From assembly GCA_001770355.1 (NCBI GenBank), contig MEQV01000279.1:1-42326 (forward strand): a DNA stretch of 42,326 nucleotides, given 5' to 3'. Each line of letters opens with the position of its first letter. Positions within the stretch are counted from its first letter, which is position 1. The stretch comes from Betaproteobacteria bacterium RIFCSPLOWO2_02_FULL_62_17. GTDB taxonomy: Bacteria > Pseudomonadota > Gammaproteobacteria > Burkholderiales > SG8-39. The notes beneath the pieces were generated by a model. It was given only the letters and a program-made list of their open reading frames with translations. It was not told the origin of the DNA and did not search any database. Shown here one piece after another: positions 24,299 through 34,083 of the stretch. A program made the position numbers and the translations under genes.

Positions 24299-26272
24299 AT
24301 GGCTCAAGGTTATCTCCTCTTTCACCTTAATCTCGCCTTCTCGTCGATCCCGGCTGAGGCACGCCCAGAGGTGATCCGTAAGTGCTATTGGCCGCTGCTT
24401 CGTTTGGCAGAGGACACCGGAATTCCAATTGGTATTGAACTGACAGGCTGGACGCTGCGCCAGATCGCCACGCTGGATCATTCCTGGGTAGAGCGCTTCC
24501 GCCAGATGCTTGCTGGCCGGCAGTGCGAACTGATCGGAAGCGGCTGGTCCCAGATCATTGGTCCGCTGGTGCCGTACGACGTGAATCGCCGGAACCAGAA
24601 ACTGGGGCTGGAGACCTATCGGGAGGTGCTGGGGGTCACACCCAAGGTCGCGCTGGTGAATGAAATGGCCTTTTCAACCGGAATGGTGGACGTGTACGTC
24701 GAATCCGGTTACGAGGGCATCGTCATGGACCGGGACAACGTGCGCCTAGCGCTGGGTCTGGATCATGCGCCAATTTCGGCAACCCCGACACATGCGATGG
24801 GGTGCGGAGATTTTCCGCTGCCCGTTCTTTGGTCGGACTCAATACTCTTTCAGCGGTTACAGCGGGTCGTGCACGGGGATATTCCGGTCTCCGAATATAT
24901 GGCGTACGTCGGGCGACGCGCAGATCAGGACAATGCTCCCCTGCCCATCTATTGCAATGACGCAGAGATATTCGACTATCGGCCAGGGCGATTTGTGGCC
25001 GAGTCGCGACTGCACCCTGAGGGGGAATGGCAACGCCTTAAGCGCGTATGTCACGGGCTGCAGGAGTACCTTGCGCTGACATGGCTGAGTCCCGGCGAGG
25101 CGCTGGAGCTACAAGCGGCTACGCCAAAACCGAATGGGAGACGATTGACGTCAGTGTGCCAGCCGATTCCCGTCAAGAAACAGGCTAAGTACAACATTGC
25201 GCGCTGGGCAGTGACGGGCAGAGATGATCTCTGGCTGAATACGTCTTGTCACCAGATTCATCAGGCATTTCGTGAAAGCGGCACCGAGCAAGACGACAGT
25301 TGGCGGGAACTCTGCGAATTATGGGCCAGCGATCTGCGTACCCACATCACCGACGCTCGATGGAATGATGCAGTCGTGCGCGTTTCCGCATTGCGGTGTC
25401 AATTGGGCCTAGAGCGAATCCAGAGTAGCGGCACCGACACTGTGGAATCCAATCGACTCCCTAGTGGCATCGATTTCCCGAAAGGCGTGCAGATTACCCA
25501 GAACGAGGAAGGCATTCTGTGGACCATCAAGACGCCTTACATTCACCTTGTCTTGAACGCGCGTCGCGGCCTGACAATAAGATCGCTGGCGTTCAAGTCC
25601 CATGACTTCGCGCCAGTTGTGGGAACGTTGCCGCAAGGCTACTTCAGTTCCATTGAGCTGGGTGCAGACTTCTACTCTGGCGGCGTGATCATCGAGATGC
25701 CCGGCGAGCGCGTTCGCGTGACCGATCTCGAATGGGTGTTACCAAACATCCGGCAGCGAGGCACCGAGATATTGATCAGTGCAATGATTCCACTAGTAGA
25801 AGGTAACTTGGAGAAAACAATCACGGTCGGTGTTGATACCGAGCGGGTCACGTTGACGTACGACTTTCAGCCGTCCAAGCGCCCGCAGGGAATCGTTCGC
25901 GTCGGCATCATCACACTCCTTCCCGAGTCGCTTTCGTTACCCCTTGCCGTGCGCTGCGCAAACGGCGGGCAGAAAACCGAATTCTTCCAACTTGACGATG
26001 TCGTTAATCATGGCGGCGCCGCCTCGACATTGGTCTCCAGCACCGCCGCTTTCGGCGCCACGGACGGACGTCTTGTGATCGAGGATGCCCGAAGCCGTTG
26101 CCTTGTACTGACCTGGAATCCCGCCGACTGCGCTGCGATACCCATGCTGCAACATCAATGCTCGCGAGATCGCTATTTGGCCCGGCTTTCGTTCTCTCTG
26201 TGTGAGTTGGATGACACATCGCGAACGGGAGGCAGGTTAATGCGGTTTTCGGTTGCGTTGAGCACGGCGTGA
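24299..26272 (+). CDS. Glycoside hydrolase family 57-like protein
   Basis: LLFHLNLAFSSI... at the N-terminus, ELIGSGWSQII, VNEMAFS (candidate nucleophile Glu) and CNDAEIFDYRPG (candidate acid/base Asp, compare DGEKFGxWPG) resemble the conserved GH57 regions from memory. 657 aa. Confidence 0.4.
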   Translation: MAQGYLLFHLNLAFSSIPAEARPEVIRKCYWPLLRLAEDTGIPIGIELTGWTLRQIATLDHSWVERFRQMLAGRQCELIGSGWSQIIGPLVPYDVNRRNQKLGLETYREVLGVTPKVALVNEMAFSTGMVDVYVESGYEGIVMDRDNVRLALGLDHAPISATPTHAMGCGDFPLPVLWSDSILFQRLQRVVHGDIPVSEYMAYVGRRADQDNAPLPIYCNDAEIFDYRPGRFVAESRLHPEGEWQRLKRVCHGLQEYLALTWLSPGEALELQAATPKPNGRRLTSVCQPIPVKKQAKYNIARWAVTGRDDLWLNTSCHQIHQAFRESGTEQDDSWRELCELWASDLRTHITDARWNDAVVRVSALRCQLGLERIQSSGTDTVESNRLPSGIDFPKGVQITQNEEGILWTIKTPYIHLVLNARRGLTIRSLAFKSHDFAPVVGTLPQGYFSSIELGADFYSGGVIIEMPGERVRVTDLEWVLPNIRQRGTEILISAMIPLVEGNLEKTITVGVDTERVTLTYDFQPSKRPQGIVRVGIITLLPESLSLPLAVRCANGGQKTEFFQLDDVVNHGGAASTLVSSTAAFGATDGRLVIEDARSRCLVLTWNPADCAAIPMLQHQCSRDRYLARLSFSLCELDDTSRTGGRLMRFSVALSTA

Positions 26273-26299
26273 TCGCAGTCATTTACTCCCGCGTCCCAA

Positions 26300-28093
26300 A
26301 TGAGCCGTATCCGAGCCGACGACACTGAAAAGGTCTTTCTTGCCACGACGGCGTTAGAAGAATTCTGGGACACCACGAAGCCCATTGTATTCCTGGGGGA
26401 GTGGTGTCTGCTCTACGGCCGCCGCTCATATTGGGAGCCGCTCGACGGCCGACTTCTGGAAAGCCCGTTTGACAACAGCGAAGCGGCTCGTGCCGCCTAC
26501 CATTACGTCAATGAGATCTACGAGAGGCTGTTGCCCTCGCTGGGAAATGTCCTAAATACAATCCATGGAACTCGGCACGGCCCCCGTTATTGGAGAATCG
26601 TACTTGGACCATGGCTTGCGTTCTATATAACCGTTTGCTACGACAGGTACTGTCACCTAAAACACGCGCTCGAGCAATACCCAGATTGCACCACAATGGT
26701 GCTGTCGGAGAACTCATTCGTAGTCCCTTCCGATACGCTGGACTTCCATTATCTGACCCGAGAGGATTCGTTCAATCTCCAGATTTACACAAAGCTTCTT
26801 ACGGCGCTTGGCAAGGCTTTCCCACGGAAGGAAGCGCAAATAGTACGAAGCTCTGTGTACGCAACGCTTAACGGTAGGTCATGGAGGCGTAAAGCTGCGG
26901 TCTATCTCGCAAGAATATGTTCGGGTCTCGGTCACAGAGCACGCCAATCAATTGTTCTTAGAGACTCCCTTTTTTCCAAGCTCTTTCAATTGCGACTCTT
27001 AATCAAAACTATGGGTAAAGCTTTACCAATTTGGGGGCAATTACCGAAACCAGAATTGAGTGCATGCGATAAAAATATCCGCCAGAAACTGAACAATATC
27101 TGGATAGGTGATGGCGAGTTCGAACGATGTTTGACGGCGATCTTAATGTTAGATATGCCCAAGTGTTTTATTGAAGGGTATGAATCTGTTCTTAGCGACG
27201 GTAAGAAACAATATCCACGACAATGCAGCGCGATATTCAGCGCGAACTCTTGGTATTTCGATGAGCCATTTAAGCAGTGGGCTGCCGCCTCAGCTGAGAG
27301 GCGTGTGCTATTACTGGGAACTTCCCATGGAGCAAACTATGGGGGGATGGCTATTATGCCAGGTGAGGATCATGAAACAGCGATAGTCGATCGTTACTAT
27401 TCATGGGGATGGGAGCGAACTAATTGTGCGGCCACAGTTGTGCCTTTCCCCGCAACCAAGTTAGTGGGGAGAAAGGCAAGTGGCGCCAGCAATCGCAAAA
27501 CAGGCCTCCTTTGGGTAATTACGGAGTTTCCGAGGTATCCGATACAGTTTTTGTTGCAACAGCATTTTAGCGAATACACTTCGTGGCAAGCCCGCTTTGC
27601 CAATACTTTGCTTCGCGACGTAACGTCGGCTATCCGCTTGCGTCCTCATCGCGATGGCGAGCCGGAGATTGTTCAGCGTCTCAATAGATTCATTCCAGGA
27701 GTGACGATCGAAACATGGGGCGTTCCGTTCCACGAGAGCGTGGCGAATTGTCGTCTCTATGTATGCGATCACTTTTCCACGACGTTCGCCGAGGCACTCG
27801 CAGCCAATACGCCGACGATCCTGTTTTGGAACCCCAAGTCATACGAATTGAGACCGGAGGCTCAGCCCTATTATGACTTGCTGCGACAAAACGGTATTCT
27901 TTTCGATACGCCAGAGGGCGCCGGGGTGGCTGTTAACCGAGTTTATGATGACGTTGAAACTTGGTGGCATGCACCTGCACGGCAGAGTGCGGTCGCGACG
28001 TTTTGTCGACAGTTCGCAAGGAACTCCGCTGATGCGTTTGAACTGTGGCTCGCCGAATTCAAGCGGATAGCAAATGCGGCAATTCCTGACTAA
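26300..28093 (+). CDS. LIC12162-family putative transferase (O-antigen-region protein of unknown mechanism)
   Basis: 597 aa and soluble. The N-terminus ...VFLATTALEEFWDTTKPIVFLGEWCLLY matches my recollection of the TIGR04331 (LIC12162) family, which is seen next to NeuB-type genes in Leptospira-like O-antigen loci. From memory only. Confidence 0.4.
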   Translation: MSRIRADDTEKVFLATTALEEFWDTTKPIVFLGEWCLLYGRRSYWEPLDGRLLESPFDNSEAARAAYHYVNEIYERLLPSLGNVLNTIHGTRHGPRYWRIVLGPWLAFYITVCYDRYCHLKHALEQYPDCTTMVLSENSFVVPSDTLDFHYLTREDSFNLQIYTKLLTALGKAFPRKEAQIVRSSVYATLNGRSWRRKAAVYLARICSGLGHRARQSIVLRDSLFSKLFQLRLLIKTMGKALPIWGQLPKPELSACDKNIRQKLNNIWIGDGEFERCLTAILMLDMPKCFIEGYESVLSDGKKQYPRQCSAIFSANSWYFDEPFKQWAAASAERRVLLLGTSHGANYGGMAIMPGEDHETAIVDRYYSWGWERTNCAATVVPFPATKLVGRKASGASNRKTGLLWVITEFPRYPIQFLLQQHFSEYTSWQARFANTLLRDVTSAIRLRPHRDGEPEIVQRLNRFIPGVTIETWGVPFHESVANCRLYVCDHFSTTFAEALAANTPTILFWNPKSYELRPEAQPYYDLLRQNGILFDTPEGAGVAVNRVYDDVETWWHAPARQSAVATFCRQFARNSADAFELWLAEFKRIANAAIPD

Positions 28094-28184
28094 CAGACAA
28101 ACGCCTATGCAGTCCGGCATTCTTGGTGCTTGGAATCCGCGCACTCAGCCTGCACGCGCAGCCTTCCGGGTCCTGCCGTAACTC

Positions 28185-29105
28185 ATGAGCAGTAGCGTTC
28201 CCAGCAATGTGAGGGCCCTAGTCATTTGTTTTTATCCGGACAGAGAACTTCTATGGACCTTGGTCACGAAACTTTGTGTGCAAGCTTCTGACGTATGGAT
28301 CCTGAATAATGGAGGAATAAGTGCTGAACTGGAAAGAGAACTCAAGTCCTTTTCGAATCTCTGCATGCACACTTTTGAAAGTAATGTTGGGATTGCAACG
28401 GCCTTGAATTACGGTTTTATGTTCGCCGCGCGGGATGAGGTTGAGTTCGTGGTCACCTTTGACCAAGACAGCCAACCCGCCGAAGATCATGTTAGTGCCC
28501 TTGTGCAGACTTGGAGAACACTAGCGCAACAAAAGACTTTCAAAGTTGGGGCAATCGGCCCCTCCTTCTTTGACGACCGGGAAAGCATCGTTCAGTTTCC
28601 ATTTTTTCGAACGCATGGCTTAAGGGTAAGAAAAATCTACTTCCAGGCGGGGCGCAGCGCGACACCAGTAGATGTTCTCATTACGTCAGGCATGCTTGTT
28701 CCGGTTTCCATGTGGCGAGAAGGGCTCAAGTTCAGAGATGACATGTTTGTTGATCTCGTGGATTCCGAATGGTGTTTTAGAGCTGGTGCGGCCGGATTCT
28801 CAAACTTCGGTTGCTTCTCGGTCAGAATGCGGCATCATTGTTCGGACGCAGCAACGACAGAATTATTCGGTTTGCGCCTGCTAAAGTACAGTCCCATTCG
28901 ACGCTACTATTATTTTCGCAATTCGCTGTATGTCTGTGCACGCTCTTATGTCCCACTGGCACACAAAATCAGACTCTTGATGGGATTGGCGGTTCGATTG
29001 CTGACGATGCCGCTGATCGATGATGCCCCGGTTCTTTCGTTGGCGTATGCTTTGCGCGGATTGCGTGACGGCATCGTAGGCAACAGTGGCAAAGCGAAAG
29101 GCTAA
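28185..29105 (+). CDS. Family 2 glycosyltransferase (rhamnosyltransferase-like subgroup)
   Basis: ALVICFYPD...VWILNNGG...VVTFDQDSQP...LITSGMLV. This is the pattern typical of WbbL-like GT2 enzymes. Confidence 0.7.
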   Translation: MSSSVPSNVRALVICFYPDRELLWTLVTKLCVQASDVWILNNGGISAELERELKSFSNLCMHTFESNVGIATALNYGFMFAARDEVEFVVTFDQDSQPAEDHVSALVQTWRTLAQQKTFKVGAIGPSFFDDRESIVQFPFFRTHGLRVRKIYFQAGRSATPVDVLITSGMLVPVSMWREGLKFRDDMFVDLVDSEWCFRAGAAGFSNFGCFSVRMRHHCSDAATTELFGLRLLKYSPIRRYYYFRNSLYVCARSYVPLAHKIRLLMGLAVRLLTMPLIDDAPVLSLAYALRGLRDGIVGNSGKAKG

Positions 29106-29142
29106 AAAGCCTTTGCCAGGCAGGGCATACGGAGCACCGTAG

Positions 29143-30042
29143 TTGCGCAAGTCCGAACTGTGTAGGAAGGATATCGGACCAGACTATGTTTGGCACAAAA
29201 TGTCCGTGATTCGAAAAGTCACCCATATTCTGCGAACGCAAGGCGTTCCAGGATTGATGTATGTCGCCGATTCCCGGATACGCGGGTTATTGGCTTTGCG
29301 CGCCAAGTCATATCAGCGTTTCGAGAGATTCTTTCGCGACAAGAAAGGTATGGAGATCGGCGGCCCAAGCCAGGTCTTCACCCGACGGAACATATTCCCT
29401 GTATATCCAATAGCCGGGCAGCTCGATAATTGCAATTTTTCCGGAAATACCGTTTGGGAAGGCAGTATTGAAAGCGGGCAGACATACCAGTTCGATCCGA
29501 GGAAATCAGCTGGGCGGCAGTATATCGCCGAGGCAACGGCCATGGGATGCGTACCTTCCGGCACTTATGATTTCGTGCTTTCGTCACACGTTCTTGAGCA
29601 TTCCGCGAACCCGATCTTGGCTTTGACCGAGTGGATACGCATATTGAAAGATGAAGGCGCGCTGGCGATGCTGTTGCCGCACAAAGACGGAACTTTTGAT
29701 CACCGACGACCCGTAACAGCGATGGAACACTTGATTGACGATTTTAATAAAGGCGTAGGCGAGGATGACCTTGCACACCTGCCAGAAATACTGGCCTTGC
29801 ATGATTTGGAACTTGATCCAGAAGCCGGGAATCTGGCGGCGTTCCATGCGCGCTCCGCGCGTAACTCCGAGAACAGGTGCTTACACCATCATGTCTTTGA
29901 TACGCGTCTTGCTGTCAGTCTTATCGACTATATGGGTTTACAAATCAAGACGATTGAGACGATTCGACCAATGCACATTTTGGTTGTCGCACAAAAAGTG
30001 GGCGCCGGAAATTCAGCAGATAATTCTTCCTTTGCAGGCTAA
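29143..30042 (+). CDS. Class I SAM-dependent methyltransferase
   Basis: GMEIGGPS (motif I-like), FVLSSHVLEHSANPILALTEWIRILKDEGALAMLLPH. The start is uncertain (TTG 29143 with GGAG 8 nt upstream, or ATG 29200). Confidence 0.6.
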   Translation: MRKSELCRKDIGPDYVWHKMSVIRKVTHILRTQGVPGLMYVADSRIRGLLALRAKSYQRFERFFRDKKGMEIGGPSQVFTRRNIFPVYPIAGQLDNCNFSGNTVWEGSIESGQTYQFDPRKSAGRQYIAEATAMGCVPSGTYDFVLSSHVLEHSANPILALTEWIRILKDEGALAMLLPHKDGTFDHRRPVTAMEHLIDDFNKGVGEDDLAHLPEILALHDLELDPEAGNLAAFHARSARNSENRCLHHHVFDTRLAVSLIDYMGLQIKTIETIRPMHILVVAQKVGAGNSADNSSFAG

Positions 30043-30445
30043 TCGGTGCCAATCGGACTGCGTATTGTCCTCACTTAGGACGTTTTGCCCTTGCGACAAT
30101 GCGAATTGCTGCGGCATTCGCTTCTGTTTGCAGTTGCGTGGTCCCGGTGTTGCTTGATTGCGGGCCATTGGCGAATTGGGGCTCAGGCGAGGAGATGCTA
30201 CAAATGAACCCTTGGGGACCTTTTGACGAGTGCAGCCGCCCCTGACCACGGGAAAAGGTCTCGCATGACGCTGCGCGGTTCCATATATGGGGGCCAGATG
30301 GCTCAGACCCGTCCGATATTAGAGAGTCGCGCTAAACAGACTTGCCACCCTGCTCCCGGGCCGGGCACGCGAACATCAAACGCAATCCTGCTTGCCAAGA
30401 ATTCGGTACACCCTCAATGAATACTCCCATTGCGAAGCAGTGGTG

Positions 30446-31891
30446 ATGGCTGCCTATTCGTCATTGCTCCGACACGCGACTCTGGTCCTATTGCCGTTAC
30501 CGGGCCTTTATACGGTGCTTCTGATCGGTGCGTTTGATTGGCTCGCGTATTGCGCAGCGTTGTCATGGGTGTTGTTCATTTACTTAGTATGGCGATGCGA
30601 GCAAGGATTTTTCGCAGTCGCTATCGGCATGTTGCTTGGGCAGTTCGCGGCCACAGTATCAAATGCTCATATCGAATCGGGCGGGTACATTCTTGAACAA
30701 TTCACTTTTGGATACCCCACTGGCTCCACTGTCAGGCTCGTTATGTACAACGCGCTCTTCTTTGTCTCAGCATTGTGGACATACAATCTTGTCAAGCACC
30801 TTTTCCCCATCAATGCCTCCCGGCCGTCCGGATTCAGCCGAGCCGAACGTCTGATCCGCTTGGCTATATATGTTTCAGCAGGCCTACTTTTTGCCGTCCT
30901 ACTCTTCGCATTGTTTGCATTTGGTTCGCCTCTGCTTCAGGAACTAAGCCGCTTTGAATATTTCGATAATTATCCTCTAATCAAGAGTCTGGCCGCCAAA
31001 CTTCCGATACTTGCATTTGCCTGCGGTATTGTGGCTGCTCATTATCGTGGCCGCCATGCTTTGGCAACCCGATATATGCTGGCCGGCATAATACTCATGA
31101 ATATTCTGACGGGGGACAAATTCTCAGGAATTATTCTTGCAATCTTTATGTACTTGATGCCGATCATGGTCGTGCAGGCGCAAAGACGTGTCACATCACT
31201 TTTCACCTTTGGACGGATCACCTTGGCATCGGTAGTGATGGTTTTCTTACTGATGCTGATCATCTATCATTATTCCAGGACCTACGGATTTGATGCGAGC
31301 GCTGCTGCACAATTCGTCTTTGATCGTATGTTCGGCTTGCAGGGTCATGTATGGTGGGGCATAGATCAGATCAATCTCCGTAAACAGCAGATCGTCGGCA
31401 CCGATTTGTCGACATTGTTTGTACCCTCTGGCGATGTTAGGGATTCGGGCGTGAATGTCCTTATGTATGCCGTTAGCCCCGCCAGCCTTGTAACGTCCTA
31501 CATTTCTAGCGGAGTCCGTTTTACTTCCGGAAATCCTGCGATAGGGCTTTATACGCTGGGTAGTCTAGGTTTATTGTTCTATCAGTTGCTCACCGGAATA
31601 TTGTTTGGTTTGCTCTCTTACTATCTTGTTCGTCACATCTCTCTAAGACAAATAGCGCGTGCCCTCATAATGGCCATGATCTACATAATTCTGCTTGATC
31701 CGCTGGCGATGGGTGAATGGTATATTGTGTTCACAAGTTATTTCCTGAAATACGTGGTGTTAATTGTGTTAATTAGCTTTTTTGTCGCATTGAAACTTCG
31801 TGGTCCTTACGGATTGAAGCCGCTTGACCTGGCCCAGGCGACCATTCAGTCTCGTCTACCCGTGGCCGGGTCAAACGTAAACGTCCGATAA
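30446..31891 (+). CDS. Polytopic inner-membrane protein, Wzy-like O-antigen/repeat-unit polymerase candidate
   Basis: About 480 aa of mostly hydrophobic helices (10 or more predicted by eye). It is AT-rich and is the only such protein in the cluster. No family motif was recognised, so a Wzx-like or ligase-like role cannot be excluded. Confidence 0.45.
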   Translation: MAAYSSLLRHATLVLLPLPGLYTVLLIGAFDWLAYCAALSWVLFIYLVWRCEQGFFAVAIGMLLGQFAATVSNAHIESGGYILEQFTFGYPTGSTVRLVMYNALFFVSALWTYNLVKHLFPINASRPSGFSRAERLIRLAIYVSAGLLFAVLLFALFAFGSPLLQELSRFEYFDNYPLIKSLAAKLPILAFACGIVAAHYRGRHALATRYMLAGIILMNILTGDKFSGIILAIFMYLMPIMVVQAQRRVTSLFTFGRITLASVVMVFLLMLIIYHYSRTYGFDASAAAQFVFDRMFGLQGHVWWGIDQINLRKQQIVGTDLSTLFVPSGDVRDSGVNVLMYAVSPASLVTSYISSGVRFTSGNPAIGLYTLGSLGLLFYQLLTGILFGLLSYYLVRHISLRQIARALIMAMIYIILLDPLAMGEWYIVFTSYFLKYVVLIVLISFFVALKLRGPYGLKPLDLAQATIQSRLPVAGSNVNVR

Positions 31892-32144
31892 TCCTATGAC
31901 GTGAGATGATGGCGAATTGATGCTAAGCGGATTGGAGGGATCAACCGGCGGCGGGCGCGCCGCCGAACGTCGGGCACCTAGCTCTGCGTGCGTTAGAGCT
32001 GCCAAGCGCCATTTTTGAGGCGGGGCTGACCGGACTTCGGCGAACTCGTAGCAGCACTGGCATCGGCGTTGCCGCACAAGCACACACTTCCTCAGTAGTT
32101 TGGCACCCCGATTTCTCCTTTTCTATTTGCACGTTCTGAGGTTC

Positions 32145-32999
32145 ATGGCGCCAGAACAATCAAGGGTCGGCGTAGTGATAGTGACACACAACAGCCAGCC
32201 CTTTATCAGTACGAATGTCGCCTGCTTAATGGGTCAGATTCGCCCGCCCGACGCCGTGATTATTGTAGATAGTTTGTCAACAGATCCTGAATACCTTAAC
32301 CACTTGCGAGATCGGTATGGCCGAATTACCCTGATCTTAGAGTCTGCTAACATCGGTTTCTGCAGAGCCAATAATATTGGAGTCCAGCGCCTCATTGACT
32401 CCTACGACTATATTTTGTTCTTGAATCCGGACGCCTTTCTTCAGTCTTCGGATTTCATAGACAAGGCTCTGCGGTACATGGAGCAACCACAAAATTCACG
32501 CGTTGGCGCCCTCACCGGCAAATTGGTCGGGTTCGACATCAGCGCGGGCAAACCCACTGGTCTGATCGACTCGACCGGAATTTTTCGAACGTGGTATGGA
32601 CGCTGGTACGACCGGGGACAAGGCCAGCGCTTGAGTAGCGCGTTCGATGAGGGGCCGACCGAGGTGCCTGCGATATGTGGTGCGCTGATGTTTTGCCGCT
32701 CGAAGGCACTGCGCGAAATTCTGCTCGGTGAGGGTGAGATATTCGACGAAAATTTCTTCATGTACAAAGAGGATATCGACCTGTCACTTCGACTTAGAGG
32801 GGCAGGATGGACCATAATTTATTCGTCGTCTCTTGTGGCCTGCCATTGCCGCGGCTGGAGCCGCGATCGAGCGAGAATGTCGAACGAGGCGAGATTGCGT
32901 TCCGCTAGAAATGATTTACGTCTTTGCGTCAGGACTCGGTCGCCATACGTTCTCTACGCACTGGCCAAGTACGCGTTTGTCCGGTGGTTCGAGCGTTAA
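32145..32999 (+). CDS. Family 2 glycosyltransferase
   Basis: Taken from ATG 32145. VGVVIVTHNS...VIIVDSLSTDPE...ANIGFCRANNIG...LFLNPDAFL...MYKEDIDLSLRL. Confidence 0.75.
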   Translation: MAPEQSRVGVVIVTHNSQPFISTNVACLMGQIRPPDAVIIVDSLSTDPEYLNHLRDRYGRITLILESANIGFCRANNIGVQRLIDSYDYILFLNPDAFLQSSDFIDKALRYMEQPQNSRVGALTGKLVGFDISAGKPTGLIDSTGIFRTWYGRWYDRGQGQRLSSAFDEGPTEVPAICGALMFCRSKALREILLGEGEIFDENFFMYKEDIDLSLRLRGAGWTIIYSSSLVACHCRGWSRDRARMSNEARLRSARNDLRLCVRTRSPYVLYALAKYAFVRWFER

Positions 33000-33014
33000 G
33001 CGCGTTGGCAGTCG

Positions 33015-34028
33015 TTGGCTTGCATTTGGGAACACTTGACAGTGGAAAGCTCTGTACGCGTGATTTCAAGAACCGAAAACGTCGCGCTGGTCATTCCAAC
33101 GCTTAACGCTGTGCGCTGGTGGGGCGAGCTCCATCGGTCACTGTTAGCCCAATCCGTGCGGCCCGAGCAAGTGATCATCGTGGACTCCATGTCAGACGAC
33201 GGTACAGCGGACCTGGCAAGAGCCGCTGGATACAGGGTAGCGCCCGTCCGACGTAGCGAATTCGATCACGGGGCGACCCGGCAGTTCGCAGTGAACCTCG
33301 CGGAGCGCGCCGGCGCTGTCGTGTTCCTTACGCAAGATGCGGTCCTCGTGGAGCCCGATGCTTTGCAGCTGCTTCTTTCAGCGCTTGACGATCCGAGCGT
33401 GGCGGTGGCGTATGGCCGTCAGCGTGCGAGGCCACACTCGGGCGACATCGAGGCCCACGCGCGCGCTTTCAACTATCCGGCATTTTCACGCGTCACTTCG
33501 CTTGCCGATGTCGCGCAGATCGGCCTCAAGGCCGCCTTTTGCTCCAACTCCTTTGCCGCCTACCGGCGCGAAGCACTGATGCAAGTGGGAGGTTTCCCCT
33601 CCGATACGATTTTTGGAGAAGACACTCTGGTTGCGGCAAAACTGCTATTGCAAGGATGGAAGGTGGCGTACTGCGCCGACGCCTGCGTGTACCATTCTCA
33701 TGACTACTCCTATGCTCAGGAATTCAGACGTTACTTCGATGTCGGCGTAATGCACACCAGGGAGCGGTGGCTGATCGACCAGCTCGGAGAGCCCGCGAAC
33801 GAAGGAGCGCGCTTCGTCCGATCCGAAATTCGCTTTCTCATGAAAACGTCGCCTTGGCTTATTCCTTCCGCGCTGCTGCGTTCGGCAATCAAGTATTGCT
33901 CCTATCAGCTTGGCCGGAGGGAACATCTCCTCCCGCGGGCGCTCAAGAAGACGATCAGCCTGAATCGAAATTTTTGGATCCGGGAGAATGCGCGCGCCGG
34001 CGGGAACGGCACGATGCCGCTGGCCTAG
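33015..34028 (+). CDS. Family 2 glycosyltransferase
   Basis: VALVIPTLNA...VIIVDSMSDDGTADLA...FDHGATRQFAV...VFLTQDAVL...FCSNSFAAYRR...GEDTLVAAKLL. The start codon is uncertain (TTG 33015). Confidence 0.7.
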   Translation: MACIWEHLTVESSVRVISRTENVALVIPTLNAVRWWGELHRSLLAQSVRPEQVIIVDSMSDDGTADLARAAGYRVAPVRRSEFDHGATRQFAVNLAERAGAVVFLTQDAVLVEPDALQLLLSALDDPSVAVAYGRQRARPHSGDIEAHARAFNYPAFSRVTSLADVAQIGLKAAFCSNSFAAYRREALMQVGGFPSDTIFGEDTLVAAKLLLQGWKVAYCADACVYHSHDYSYAQEFRRYFDVGVMHTRERWLIDQLGEPANEGARFVRSEIRFLMKTSPWLIPSALLRSAIKYCSYQLGRREHLLPRALKKTISLNRNFWIRENARAGGNGTMPLA

Positions 34029-34083
34029 GAGTTCAAACCGGGTGGCCGGATTTCGCAGCGTCTGCGGGGAGCCGCGGCCCGGC

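Noticed and set aside
31946-31965. GC-rich palindrome cggcggcg-ggcg-cgccgccg after the Wzy-like gene, considered as an intrinsic terminator.
   Set aside because: No U-tract follows it directly (the next bases are aacgtcggg). It is mentioned only as a structural feature of the spacer.
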